Source: Vicinamibacteria bacterium
GTDB taxonomy: Bacteria > Acidobacteriota > Vicinamibacteria > Marinacidobacterales > Marinacidobacteraceae
Reading direction: 5' to 3'
Length of the DNA stretch: 64,000 nucleotides
NCBI GenBank assembly: GCA_963668695.2
Contig: CAXXLQ010000004.1
Location: 1,312,001-1,376,000 of the forward strand
Shown here: in pieces, positions 51,241 to 60,739 of the stretch
Layout of the letters: every line of letters starts with the position of its first letter
Numbering within the stretch: the stretch's first letter is position 1
Notes under the pieces: model-generated
The model's input: the letters and a program-made list of their open reading frames with translations, nothing else
Databases searched by the model: none
What the model was told of the DNA's origin: nothing
Translations under genes and position numbers: made by a program

Positions 51241-51297
51241 CCTACCCGAGGCGCGCACAAAAGCGTGCACCCCCACCCGGCGTTATCGTGGCCCCCA

Positions 51298-52491
51298 ATG
51301 GAGAACCTCTACGGCCGCTCCCGCGCCGAGCTGGTCCAACTCGCCGAGGATCTCGGTCTCCCGCCCTACCGCGGCCGCCAGCTCTTCCGCCATCTCTACC
51401 TGCACGGTCAGACGGACTTCCAGGAGATGACGGATCTCTCCGCCTCGCTCCGCACCGAACTCGCCGCCCGCTTCCGGGTGACCCATCCCCGGCTGGTCGA
51501 CTCCTCGGAGTCCGGCGACGGCGCGGTGAAGCTGCTCGTGGAACTGGAAGACGGTCTGCTGGTCGAAACGGTGGCGATCGGAAGCCGGCGTGACGCGGCC
51601 GGTGGCAGATCTGGCAGGGCGCAAGGCGCCGGCGGAGATCCTTCCGACCTGACGGTCTGCGTGTCCACCCAGGTCGGCTGCCCCCTCGCCTGCACCTTCT
51701 GCCGCTCCGGCGCGATCGAGTTCCGCCGCAATCTCACGCCCGGCGAGATCGCGGCCCAGGTTCTGATGGCGGAGCGCGCCAACCCCTCCGCCGCAAAGGG
51801 ACGGCGGAACGTCGTCTACATGGGGATGGGGGAGCCCCTCCTCAACACCGACGGGGTGATTGCTTCGCTCGATCTGCTAACGGACCTGGACGGCTTCGGT
51901 ATTCCGCCGCGCCGGATCACGGTGTCCACCGTCGGGCTGCCGGAGGAGATGGGAAAACTGGGGAGCGCCGCCCCGCAGGTCGGAATCGCCATCAGCCTCC
52001 ACGCCGGCGACGACGAGACACGGGAGAAGTTCATGCCGATCGGCCGGCGCCACCGGATGCCCGAGATCTTCGCGGCGCTCGAGAATCTGCCACCTTCGAA
52101 CCGCCGAATCACGATCGAGTACGTGCTCCTCGGCGGTGAAAACGATCGCCCGGAAGACGCCCGCGCGTTGATCCGTCAGCTACAGCGCCTGGTGGCTTCG
52201 AGCATCCGCCCCCACGTAAACCTGATCGCCTTTAACCCGTGGGACGACCCGGCTCCCGGTCCGCCCCATCGGCCGGGGACAGAGGAGGACGCGGAACGCT
52301 TTCTCGGGATGGTTTCAGCCGCGGGCTTCGTTGCCACTCTCCGCCGCAGTCGTGGACGGGACGTTCTGGCCGCCTGCGGCCAACTCGCAGCGACCCCGAT
52401 CCGGGGAGAACGTGCCTCGATCCGAGACCTGCCCCTCTCGCAGAGTGGTGCCACTAGTTCCGATCCGCCTCCGGCCAGTCGCCGTCGATGA
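51298..52491 (+). CDS. rlmN: 23S rRNA (A2503-C2) methyltransferase, radical SAM
   Basis: CVSTQVGCPLACTFC, MGMGEPLLN, SLHA and AACGQL. Confidence 0.95.
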   Translation: MENLYGRSRAELVQLAEDLGLPPYRGRQLFRHLYLHGQTDFQEMTDLSASLRTELAARFRVTHPRLVDSSESGDGAVKLLVELEDGLLVETVAIGSRRDAAGGRSGRAQGAGGDPSDLTVCVSTQVGCPLACTFCRSGAIEFRRNLTPGEIAAQVLMAERANPSAAKGRRNVVYMGMGEPLLNTDGVIASLDLLTDLDGFGIPPRRITVSTVGLPEEMGKLGSAAPQVGIAISLHAGDDETREKFMPIGRRHRMPEIFAALENLPPSNRRITIEYVLLGGENDRPEDARALIRQLQRLVASSIRPHVNLIAFNPWDDPAPGPPHRPGTEEDAERFLGMVSAAGFVATLRRSRGRDVLAACGQLAATPIRGERASIRDLPLSQSGATSSDPPPASRRR

Positions 52492-53632
52492 GTTTCGGAA
52501 GCCCATGGACCGGTACTACTGACAGCCGTTCGTCCAGCGTGTACGGGACGTCACCCGGATAGACCACCCAGAGGTGTTCCAGCTGTAGGTCCTCCAGCGC
52601 GATCCGCATCGAGCGCGTCGAACGCGGGGCGTCCGAGTACTTGAACTCGAACCCGTACCGCCGGCCGTGGCGGGTGACCAGCAGGTCCAGTTCCGCACCG
52701 CTGTGAGACCGCCAGAAAAAGGCGTTGCGGGTGTCCAGGCACGAGAGGGCCTGCTCTATCGCAAACCCCTCGAAGGACGCTCCTACTTTGGTGTGTCCCG
52801 CCAGCGTCCGTGCAGTCGTGACTTCGAGCAGCGAGTGGAGGATCCCCGAGTCGCGCACGTAGATCCGGGGCGCGCGGACCTGCCGCTTCTTCAGGTTCTC
52901 GTACCACGCCGGCAGGATGCGCACCATGTAGGCGCCAGCGAGTAGTTCGAGGTAACGCCGTGCGGTGGCTTCGCTGCTCCCCATCGAACGGGCGAATTCG
53001 GCGGAGTTCCAGATCTGGCCGTGGTAGTGAGCCACCATCTCCCAGAAGCGGCGGAGCGCTACGGCGGAGATGTTGAAGCCGAGTTGCGGCACGTCGCGCT
53101 CCAGAAAGGTTCTCACCTGGTTCTCGCGCCAGCGTGCCGAACCCGCATCGTTAGGGGCCAAGTAGCTGGGGGGCAGGCCGCCCCGAAGCCATAGCCGGCG
53201 CCAATCCGCAGGGGCCTCGGCCACGTCGTCGAGATCGAATCCACCGAGGTCCACGAATCCGACGCGACCGGCGAGGCTCTCGGATACACCCCGAACCACG
53301 GTCGGGGAAGCGCTGCCGAGCAGCAGCCAGCGCGTTTCCGACCCGGGCCGGTCCATCAGCGGACGAAGGGTGGTGAACAGGCCCGGCATCCGCTGGATCT
53401 CGTCAATCACCACGAGGCCGGTCAGCGGCGCCAGGGTCGTCTCGGCCGCTTCCAGACTGCGGCGGTCCACCGCGCGCTCGAGGTCGAAATAGGTGTGGTC
53501 CGGCTCCGCGGCGATGAACGCTCGCGCCAGTGTGGTCTTGCCGCACTGGCGGGGACCGAGCAGCGCGACTCCGCGATGGAGGGCGAAGGTCTCCCGGACG
53601 CGGCGGAGCGGGCGGCGGCGCTCAACGATCAT
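52454..53632 (-). CDS. AAA-family ATPase (AAA_14 + DUF4143-like)
   Basis: GPRQCGKT, VIDEIQ, ESLAGRV, RDSGILH, GAELDLL and FEFK. Confidence 0.92.
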   Translation of the reverse strand: MIVERRRPLRRVRETFALHRGVALLGPRQCGKTTLARAFIAAEPDHTYFDLERAVDRRSLEAAETTLAPLTGLVVIDEIQRMPGLFTTLRPLMDRPGSETRWLLLGSASPTVVRGVSESLAGRVGFVDLGGFDLDDVAEAPADWRRLWLRGGLPPSYLAPNDAGSARWRENQVRTFLERDVPQLGFNISAVALRRFWEMVAHYHGQIWNSAEFARSMGSSEATARRYLELLAGAYMVRILPAWYENLKKRQVRAPRIYVRDSGILHSLLEVTTARTLAGHTKVGASFEGFAIEQALSCLDTRNAFFWRSHSGAELDLLVTRHGRRYGFEFKYSDAPRSTRSMRIALEDLQLEHLWVVYPGDVPYTLDERLSVVPVHGLPKLIDGDWPEADRN

Positions 53633-53719
53633 GAGTTGTTATTCCTGAAAATCAGTATATTCCATGGCGGATCTTCAGGGTTATTGCCGCGGGGTAACCC
53701 TCGCGTTTCGCCCGCCTCC

Positions 53720-53900
53720 GGCGGGTATGCCGACCTGGGGGTCGGCGGTCCAAGCCGTACCCGCGCTCTTCCTCGGTCGGTAGTACGTGGTTTCGCGAGC
53801 CTGCGGCTCGCGGTGCCGGTCTGAACACCGGCGTTCCCAGCCTGCGCGCCACGATCCCGGCCGGAAGGCCCCCACCGGGAGAACTGGCCGGCGGGCCCTG
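53720..53900 (-). repeat. REP-like cluster (family B)
   Basis: 53777-53852 is an inverted, near-identical copy of 50998-51073; micro-insert at 53867-53889. Confidence 0.75.
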
Positions 53901-53916
53901 GCCTCCGCGCCCCCCG

Positions 53917-54423
53917 TCAGTCTTCGGCTTCGAGTTCGTCCGACGCGGCTTCGGCGGCGGCCGCCTTGGCGCGGCGCCAGGTGTTGATGTTCTCGGCGAC
54001 CGCGGGATCGCTGAGCGCCACGATCTGCGCTGCGAAATGGGCAGCGTTTTGGGCGCCCGCTTTTCCGACCGCGACGGTTCCCACCGGGAACCCCGGAGGC
54101 ATCTGGACGGTGGCAAGCAATGCGTCGAGCCCGCTGAGCGACGCTGCCAGTGGAACGCCGATCACCGGGAGGATGGTCCGTGCAGCCATCGCCCCCGCGA
54201 GATGGGCGGCCATGCCGGCCCCGGCAATGATCGCTACAACTCCGTTGTCGCGGGCGCTCTCTGCGAGGCGTGCGGCGCGTTCCGGCGTGCGGTGGGCGGA
54301 ATAGATGCCCATCCGGCAGGAGACGCCCAATGACTGCAGAACCTTCTTGGCCTCGCGCATGACCTCGGTGTCCGAGGGGCTGCCCATCACGATGAGGACC
54401 TTGGGGTTGGTGGCGGAACTCAT
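53917..54423 (-). CDS. purE: N5-CAIR mutase
   Basis: MGSPSD, SAHRTP, GAGMAAHLAG and VQMPPGFPVGT. Confidence 0.97.
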   Translation of the reverse strand: MSSATNPKVLIVMGSPSDTEVMREAKKVLQSLGVSCRMGIYSAHRTPERAARLAESARDNGVVAIIAGAGMAAHLAGAMAARTILPVIGVPLAASLSGLDALLATVQMPPGFPVGTVAVGKAGAQNAAHFAAQIVALSDPAVAENINTWRRAKAAAAEAASDELEAED

Positions 54424-54438
54424 GTTGACTCCTTCTAA

Positions 54439-54617
54439 CAGTCTGTGGTGGAACTCGCGTGAGCGCCGAGAGTGGCGAGGCGCCCGGCTGACAAGGCGCG
54501 CGAGGGAGGAATACCGAGTGTATTTCGACCGAAGCGCAACGCAGAGCGCCGCAAAGCGGCGCGGTTCAGCCGGGATGCATCGCCGCTCGAACGCCGCGTG
54601 AGTTTCACCACAGGCTG
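54439..54617 (-). mobile_element. Canonical 179-bp MITE (family A) between purD and purE
   Basis: CTAA-CAGTCTGTGG...CCACAGGCTG-TTAA; the right flank contains the purD stop. Confidence 0.9.
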
Positions 54618-55889
54618 TTAAGTGCCGATGGCTGCAATGTCCCGGCGGTATGCCTTCTTTTCCCAGGTGATCGAATCGGCGCAGCGATAGGCGGTGCTTC
54701 GCGCGCTCCCCCAGTCCGCGCCCAGTCCCGTGACCGCGATCACCCGCCCGCCCGCGGTCTCGATCCCGTCCGCGCCGACGCGCGTCCCGGCGTGGAACAC
54801 GTAGGCCGAACCGTCCGTCTCGACCGCATCAGGCAGCCCTTCGATCGGAACGCCCTTCTGGTAGGCCCCCGGATATCCGTCCGAGGCGAGGATCACGGTG
54901 ACGGCGCGTTCGGGCCGGAAACGCACCTTATCCCCGGGGAGACGGCCGTTGGCGGCCCCGAAGAGGAACGGGAGCAGGTCGCAGTCCAGTTGCGGCATGA
55001 GGGTTTGCGCCTCGGGATCGCCGAACCGGACGTTGAACTCCAGCACCTTGGGACCATCGGGCGTGAGCATCAGGCCCGCGTAGAGCACGCCCCGATACTC
55101 GCGCCCCTCGGCGCGCAGTCCCGCGATGGTTGGCTCCACGATCTCCTGACGCACCCGCACCATGGTCGCATCGTCGGCGCCGAGCCCCGGGCTCAGGCTC
55201 CCCATGCCACCGGTGTTCGGACCCTGGTCGTTCTCGAAGCGGCGCTTGTAGTCCTGGGCCGTACCGCAGGCAACGACCCGGGTCCCGTCGCTGATGGCGA
55301 AGACGCTCAACTCCGGGCCCTCGAGCCGTTCCTCGATGACAACGGCCTTGCCCGCCTCGCCGAATCGCCCTTCAAGCAACGACGCCGCGTCGCGTTCGGC
55401 AGCCTCCAGGTCCCCTGGAAGAAAGACGCCTTTCCCCGCGGCGAGTCCGCTCGCCTTGACCACCGGCTGCCGGCCGTATTTCCCGGAGCGAAGCGCTCTC
55501 CGCGCCGAATCCGCGTCGCGGACCACCGTGTGGCGGGCCGTCGGAATCCCGTGACGGTTGCAGAAGTCCTTCGAGAACTCCTTGGATGCCTCGAGGAGCG
55601 CGGCATTTTGCCGGGGCCCGAAGCACGGGATATCCCGCTCGGCGAGCCGGTCGGCGAGCCCCGCGGCCAGCGGCGCCTCCGGTCCGGCGACCACCAGATC
55701 CACGCCCTCCGCGGACGCGAGATCCGCCAACTCCGCGACATCCTCCGCTCCTACCGGAGCGAGCCGGGCCAGCCGGCCGATCCCGGGGTTCCCGGGAGCA
55801 GCGATCAGCTCCGTTAACTCAGGACTCCGCGAAATCACCCACGCCAGCGCGTGTTCGCGGCCGCCGCCGCCGACCAGCAGAACCCGCAC
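54618..55889 (-). CDS. purD: Phosphoribosylamine-glycine ligase
   Basis: GGGGREHAL, GLAAGKGV, GPNTGGMG and EFNVRFGDPE. Confidence 0.98.
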   Translation of the reverse strand: MRVLLVGGGGREHALAWVISRSPELTELIAAPGNPGIGRLARLAPVGAEDVAELADLASAEGVDLVVAGPEAPLAAGLADRLAERDIPCFGPRQNAALLEASKEFSKDFCNRHGIPTARHTVVRDADSARRALRSGKYGRQPVVKASGLAAGKGVFLPGDLEAAERDAASLLEGRFGEAGKAVVIEERLEGPELSVFAISDGTRVVACGTAQDYKRRFENDQGPNTGGMGSLSPGLGADDATMVRVRQEIVEPTIAGLRAEGREYRGVLYAGLMLTPDGPKVLEFNVRFGDPEAQTLMPQLDCDLLPFLFGAANGRLPGDKVRFRPERAVTVILASDGYPGAYQKGVPIEGLPDAVETDGSAYVFHAGTRVGADGIETAGGRVIAVTGLGADWGSARSTAYRCADSITWEKKAYRRDIAAIGT

Positions 55890-55901
55890 AGCGGCGTGCT
55901 G

Positions 55902-56105
55902 CTAGGTGGGGCGGGGGGTACGACGCCGACGCTTGCGAGCCCGCTTGCGTGCCGCGGCCCGTTTGGCGCGCAGCTTGTCGCCGGGCTTCACATAGAAGGA
56001 GTGGCGCTTGATTTCCTTGATGATGTCTTCGGCCTGAACCCGCCGCTTGAAGCGACGGAGCGCCACATCAATCGCTTCGCCTTCCTGGACGACAATTTCC
56101 GCCAA
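55902..56105 (-). CDS. rpsU: 30S ribosomal protein bS21
   Basis: EAIDVALRRFKR...FYVKP with a basic tail. Confidence 0.92.
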   Translation of the reverse strand: MAEIVVQEGEAIDVALRRFKRRVQAEDIIKEIKRHSFYVKPGDKLRAKRAAARKRARKRRRRTPRPT

Positions 56106-56139
56106 GAGATTCTCTATGTGACTTCCGCTAGTGCTTTAT

Positions 56140-56174
56140 GAAAAGGGTAAACCCCGGGCCACTGTGGCCCGGGG
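56140..56174 (-). terminator. Probable intrinsic terminator after the M20 gene
   Basis: Stem CCCCGGGCCA/TGGCCCGGGG followed on the minus strand by TTTACCCTTTT. Confidence 0.55.
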
Positions 56175-56246
56175 AGGAGCGGGAACGCTATTCCCCGCGG
56201 CCCTCCATGTCAAGGAGGGCCGCCGAGCCCGGGATGCGAGGCCGCG

Positions 56247-57911
56247 TCAGGGCGAGTCGTCCAGGAGCCCGGCGTACGAATAGAGCACGGTCGCCACCGA
56301 CTTCTCGCCGCCGGCCATCCCGTACACCTCGCCCGCCCCCTCGATGACCCAGAACTCGTTGGCCGCATGGGCGCCGCCGCCGTGTCCGACGGCTCCGCCC
56401 ACGATCGGCATCGCGAGGTCCGTCCCGTCGGGAAGCGAACCATCCCGGCCGCTGAACAGGTAGGCCGGCCAGTAGCCGCCACCCAGGATGGAGTCTTCCG
56501 CGATCGGGTCGCGGTAGCGAACTCCGAAGATGTCGAACATCTGGGTGACCGACTCCGCCAGCGGGTTGTTGTAGTTGCTCTTCGACCAGGGCACATCCCC
56601 GATGATCGTCATCTCGACATCCTCATAGCCCTGCGCGTCGAGGTAGTCGCGGATCTTCTGGACCATATCCAGCCCGTCCATGGTCGGGACGTAGCGAATG
56701 TTGTGTTTCGACGTGACCCGGTTCGGCAGGATCGCGCCAGCGCCGCCGGGATACATGTTGCCGGACCAGATGCCGTCCATGTTGAAGGAGATTCCGTAGC
56801 GGGCGTTCATCAGGTGCTGTAGCGGATCGTCCGTCATGAAGCGGGCTACCCCGAGGTTCTCGGCGGCAATCGCCAGATCGAGGTTCTCTGCCGAAGTGCG
56901 GAACATCTCCTCCTCCGCCGGCGAGAGTGGTGCGGCCCCGTCGTAGAAGCCGGGTACCAGAACCCGGTTCCCGTCGTCGGTGATCAGGGTGTCCAGCATT
57001 TTCATGTGGCGAAGGAGGGGGGCATCCGTCGATCGTTTGTGGATGCCGTGGATGTTCGACGCGACCGGTCCACGCCCCCAGCTCTCACCGCTGGTGGTCA
57101 GCTCGATGTAAACGCAGCCCTCGGATCCTCCGGAAAAGCCTGCCGCCCCGCTACGCGCCTGGCGGCCGGTGCGGTACATCGCCTCGGCGTCGCGGAAGAG
57201 TTCCGGGTTCTCCCGGACGAACTGGCGGAGGCCGATGGACATCCGCTCCTCGTCGCCTTCCGCGATGAAGATCAGGTTCACCGGCATGGACCCGGTCACT
57301 TCGTAAATGGAGTGCAAACCGTTCCACATGGTCATCTGGGGACCCTTGGAGTTCGTGGTGCCCCGTCCGATCATCACCTTCTTGAAGGGGCCGAACTCGG
57401 TGAACTCGCCATCGAACGGCGGGAAGACCCAGGCCTCCGGCTGGGTGATCGGCATGGTGTCGTACATCCAATAGATGAGCAGGGTCTGCTCCCTGCCGTA
57501 GTCGCAGTTGGCGTACACCACCGGGTTGCCGGGCTGCCCCCACTCGGTCATCGGGACCTCGTACACCTGTGAGTGCTGGCAGCCGAGCTGGTCGAAAAAG
57601 CCCTTCACCATCTGGGCGGATTCGGGGATCCCCTCGCCGGAGTTGGAGATGCTCGGCTGCTGGATCCAGCGGCGGAGGTTCATCGTGTGCCGGTCCACGT
57701 TGTCGTCGATGTGCTGGAACACCTGCTGGAGTTCCTCGGGAATCCGGGACATGTCCGGACTCAACTCGGTATCCCCCTGAGGCCGGACTCCGAGTTCCGT
57801 GGTGGTCGGGGCGGGCTCCGCATCCATATCGGGGCCGCCGCCGCAGTCAGTCAGCAGGAGTCCTGCCATCAGCAACGGGAACAAGGTCCAGACTCTCCGG
57901 TTACGCATCAT
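56247..57911 (-). CDS. M20/M25/M40-family metallohydrolase lipoprotein
   Basis: MYDTMP, GRGTTNSKG, EGDEE and AHAANE; signal peptide LLTDC. Confidence 0.85.
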   Translation of the reverse strand: MMRNRRVWTLFPLLMAGLLLTDCGGGPDMDAEPAPTTTELGVRPQGDTELSPDMSRIPEELQQVFQHIDDNVDRHTMNLRRWIQQPSISNSGEGIPESAQMVKGFFDQLGCQHSQVYEVPMTEWGQPGNPVVYANCDYGREQTLLIYWMYDTMPITQPEAWVFPPFDGEFTEFGPFKKVMIGRGTTNSKGPQMTMWNGLHSIYEVTGSMPVNLIFIAEGDEERMSIGLRQFVRENPELFRDAEAMYRTGRQARSGAAGFSGGSEGCVYIELTTSGESWGRGPVASNIHGIHKRSTDAPLLRHMKMLDTLITDDGNRVLVPGFYDGAAPLSPAEEEMFRTSAENLDLAIAAENLGVARFMTDDPLQHLMNARYGISFNMDGIWSGNMYPGGAGAILPNRVTSKHNIRYVPTMDGLDMVQKIRDYLDAQGYEDVEMTIIGDVPWSKSNYNNPLAESVTQMFDIFGVRYRDPIAEDSILGGGYWPAYLFSGRDGSLPDGTDLAMPIVGGAVGHGGGAHAANEFWVIEGAGEVYGMAGGEKSVATVLYSYAGLLDDSP

Positions 57912-58033
57912 CTTCGTCTCCTCCGCCGTCGCCCGGGCCGTTGGCGCACCAACCCCGTCGGGACAGCACTTCGGAACATACGCGCGCGGCTCGGGGGCTG
58001 TCAAAGGGAGGCTCCGGGAGGGTCGGCTGAACG

Positions 58034-59014
58034 CTACGACGACGCTCGATTCCGTGCCGCCCGCGCCGTCAGCCGTGCCAGTCGGATGATGTCCGGGACG
58101 CTCGCCCCTCGCGAGAGATCGTTCACGGGGGCCGCGAGCCCCTGGAGGATCGGTCCCGTTGCGGTGGCTCCCGCGAGCCGCTCGACAAGCTTGTAGGCAA
58201 TGTTCCCGGAGGCCAGGTCGGGGAAGATGAGTACGTTCGCCCGCCCCGCTACCGGACTCCCGGGCGCCTTGCTCTCCGCTACCGAGCGGACCAGAGCCGC
58301 GTCCACTTGAAGCTCGCCGTCCACGGCCAGGTCGGGGCGGAGTTCCTGGACCCGCTCCGCCGCATCCGCCATCCGCCGTGCGTCCGGGTCATCGGCGCTG
58401 CCCTTCGTCGAAAACGACAAGAAGGCCAGGCGGGGCTCCATTTCGAGCAGTTCCCGCGCGGTCTCCGCGGACAAGAGCGCAATCTCCACCAGCTCCGACA
58501 GGTCGGGCCGCGGAATCACGGCGCCGTCCGCAAACAGCAGAGGGGGACGACCGTCGGGGAATTCCATCACGAAGGCCCCCGATACGCGGGAGACGCCCGG
58601 CCGGGTTCCCACGGCGAGCAGTCCCGCGCGGATCACGTCAGCGGTGGTCGTGGCCGCGCCCGCCACCGAGCCGTGCGCCTCCCCGGCGGCCACCAGCAGA
58701 TTGGCGAATACCAGGGGGTTCTGCGCAGCCTTCAGAGCATCGGACATCGCCATCCCCCGGTCGCGGCGCCGGGACCAGAGCAGATCGGCAGCACGCCGCA
58801 GGGCGGCGCCCCGGGGCTCCACGATCCGGAGCGCGGAGAGTTCCCCGGCGGATATTCCTTTCTCACCCGGGCCGCCTTGACCCGGAGTTGGGTGGCCGAC
58901 GAGCAGCGGTTCCACGTCCGTGTCCCGTCCCAGACGGACCGCCGCCTCGATCACGCGTGGATCGCCCGATTCCGGGAAAACGATCGTCGCTCGCTTTGCC
59001 CGCTGCCGCGTCAA
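58034..59014 (-). CDS. pta: Phosphate acetyltransferase
   Basis: [35 protein letters not shown] and NDLSRG. Confidence 0.93.
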   Translation of the reverse strand: MTRQRAKRATIVFPESGDPRVIEAAVRLGRDTDVEPLLVGHPTPGQGGPGEKGISAGELSALRIVEPRGAALRRAADLLWSRRRDRGMAMSDALKAAQNPLVFANLLVAAGEAHGSVAGAATTTADVIRAGLLAVGTRPGVSRVSGAFVMEFPDGRPPLLFADGAVIPRPDLSELVEIALLSAETARELLEMEPRLAFLSFSTKGSADDPDARRMADAAERVQELRPDLAVDGELQVDAALVRSVAESKAPGSPVAGRANVLIFPDLASGNIAYKLVERLAGATATGPILQGLAAPVNDLSRGASVPDIIRLARLTARAARNRASS

Positions 59015-59249
59015 AATGATGGTCCGAGTAGGTCGAACACGATAGGATACCGGTGATAGTGACGCTCGCAGTACTCAGGCTCTGCCACCCCGGAGAAGGG
59101 AGACGCGGCAGGCTTCGGAACGAGCGTCGGGACGGTTTCTGCTAGAGACCCGAATCCGGTCGAATCGGTGATTCGTCAGCGCCAAACGAAGGCGCTCTTG
59201 ACAAGGGGACGGCGGCAACCACAGAAGACCCGAAAGAGGGAGGAAGCAA

Positions 59250-59585
59250 ATGCAAATAACGGAACGTAGCAACAACGGTGTCACTGTGCTGGATCTGAAC
59301 GGCAAGATCCTGCTCGGCGAGGGCGACGATGTCGTCCGGGACCAAGTGCGTGGCGTGATCGCGGCCGGCGGCCGCAAGCTTCTGCTGAATCTGGCGAATG
59401 TCCCCTACGTGGACAGCGCCGGGCTCGGCGAACTGGTCCGCTGCCACACGCGTATGGTGCAGGCCGGGGGAAGCGTCAAGCTGCTCAACCTGACGGCCCG
59501 CCTGCAGGATCTGCTTCAGATCACGAAGCTGGTCACCGTATTCGAAACCTTCGAGTCGGAAGACTCCGCAGTCGGGAGCTTCTGA
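59250..59585 (+). CDS. STAS-domain anti-sigma factor antagonist
   Basis: VPYVDSAGLGEL and LQITKL; GGAGG upstream. Confidence 0.95.
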   Translation: MQITERSNNGVTVLDLNGKILLGEGDDVVRDQVRGVIAAGGRKLLLNLANVPYVDSAGLGELVRCHTRMVQAGGSVKLLNLTARLQDLLQITKLVTVFETFESEDSAVGSF

Positions 59586-59892
59586 GGGGCGACGCGGGAG
59601 GCTTTCGCGCAGGTGAGAGGACGGCCGATCTCTACGGCCGTTTCCTTCTGAAATCGCCTGACGGGGCCTGCCCGCGCGCTCCGGCTCTTCGTATGCGCTG
59701 CTCCTGGCAGCGTCATCGTGGAAGGGATCGGCTTCTGGTGAAGGTAAGCGTGCGACGCCACTTGGTTCTCGGGTGAGTTATGCCCGAGGCATCCCCGACC
59801 GACTTCCGGTCGGGGATCCTGTACCGCCGAATCTGCTGATTCCCTCTGCGCTCAACAAAGTCCCGCCACTCGGGCGGGCGCGAAGGAGACAC

Positions 59893-60738
59893 ATGGCGAT
59901 TTCCATGGCCAACGAAAACGAAACAGCCGGAAAGGGGGCCTCCGAGAAGGTCCTGTCCGGCGCCAAACCCGATGTTGAAAAGATCATGGGCGACATCCGC
60001 AGAGTTGCCCGCGAACGGACGGAAGAGGGGACGAAGAGCGAACGCGACTTCAAGGCGGACGTGAAGAAACGGATGCTGATGCCGTTGAGTTCGCGCGGCT
60101 TCACCGAGGAGTTCGCGGAGCGGATCCGTTCCCGCGATACCGCCCGCTGGAACATCCAGCTGACGAAAAAGGCGTTTCGCGGATCCTCCTTCGCGCTGGT
60201 GAGGATCCTGCGCTGGTTCTTGACGCCCCTCACCCGCTTGCTCGTCAACCTTCAACCCGCCGTGGAACAGGCTGCCCGGCAGGCCGAGATCAACGAGTAC
60301 CACCGCCGGCTCCTGTGGGCGACGAATCGGGACCTTGAACTCACGCGTCTCGAAATCAATCTGATCAAATCCGAACTCCGCCGGCTTGGAGTCAACGCCG
60401 AGTTCTCCTTCAGTCCGGGATCAGCGAGCGCCGACGCGCCGCAGCGGAGTGGCCAGTCCGGACGCGGGCGGTCTGACAGCCGGGGTGGCCGTTCGGATCG
60501 GGGCCGTGGCGACCGGCGCCGGAGTGATGCCGGGCGTTCGGATCGGGACGGCGGTCGTCGGGACCGGGACAGCGGTCGTCGGGACCGGGACAGCGGTCGT
60601 CGGGACCGGCAAGGCTCCGGGCAGGGGTCCCGCCAGACGGGAGATCAGCCCGCCCGTCAGACCTCGCAACAGGGAACTCGCCCGAATCGCAGCGGGAGCC
60701 GCCGACCTACGAATGGCGGCGCCTCGGGAGACAAGTGA
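59893..60738 (+). CDS. Hypothetical protein with coiled-coil segment and Arg/Asp/Gly-rich disordered tail
   Basis: ATG follows AAGGAG; DVEKIMGDIRR and QAEINEY; coupled to the downstream glycosyltransferase. Confidence 0.75.
   Translation: MAISMANENETAGKGASEKVLSGAKPDVEKIMGDIRRVARERTEEGTKSERDFKADVKKRMLMPLSSRGFTEEFAERIRSRDTARWNIQLTKKAFRGSSFALVRILRWFLTPLTRLLVNLQPAVEQAARQAEINEYHRRLLWATNRDLELTRLEINLIKSELRRLGVNAEFSFSPGSASADAPQRSGQSGRGRSDSRGGRSDRGRGDRRRSDAGRSDRDGGRRDRDSGRRDRDSGRRDRQGSGQGSRQTGDQPARQTSQQGTRPNRSGSRRPTNGGASGDK
60544..60606. repeat. 21-bp tandem repeat x3 encoding RDSGRRD
   Basis: CGGGAC(A/G)GCGGTCGTCGGGAC. Confidence 0.93.
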
Positions 60739-60739
60739 A

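Noticed and set aside
50371-51297. N-terminal extension of RlmN
   Set aside because: It reads through the antisense of the MBL gene and the REP array.
52454-53632. AAA ATPase as a defence system or transposition helper
   Set aside because: A common stand-alone family with no partner nuclease or transposase adjacent.
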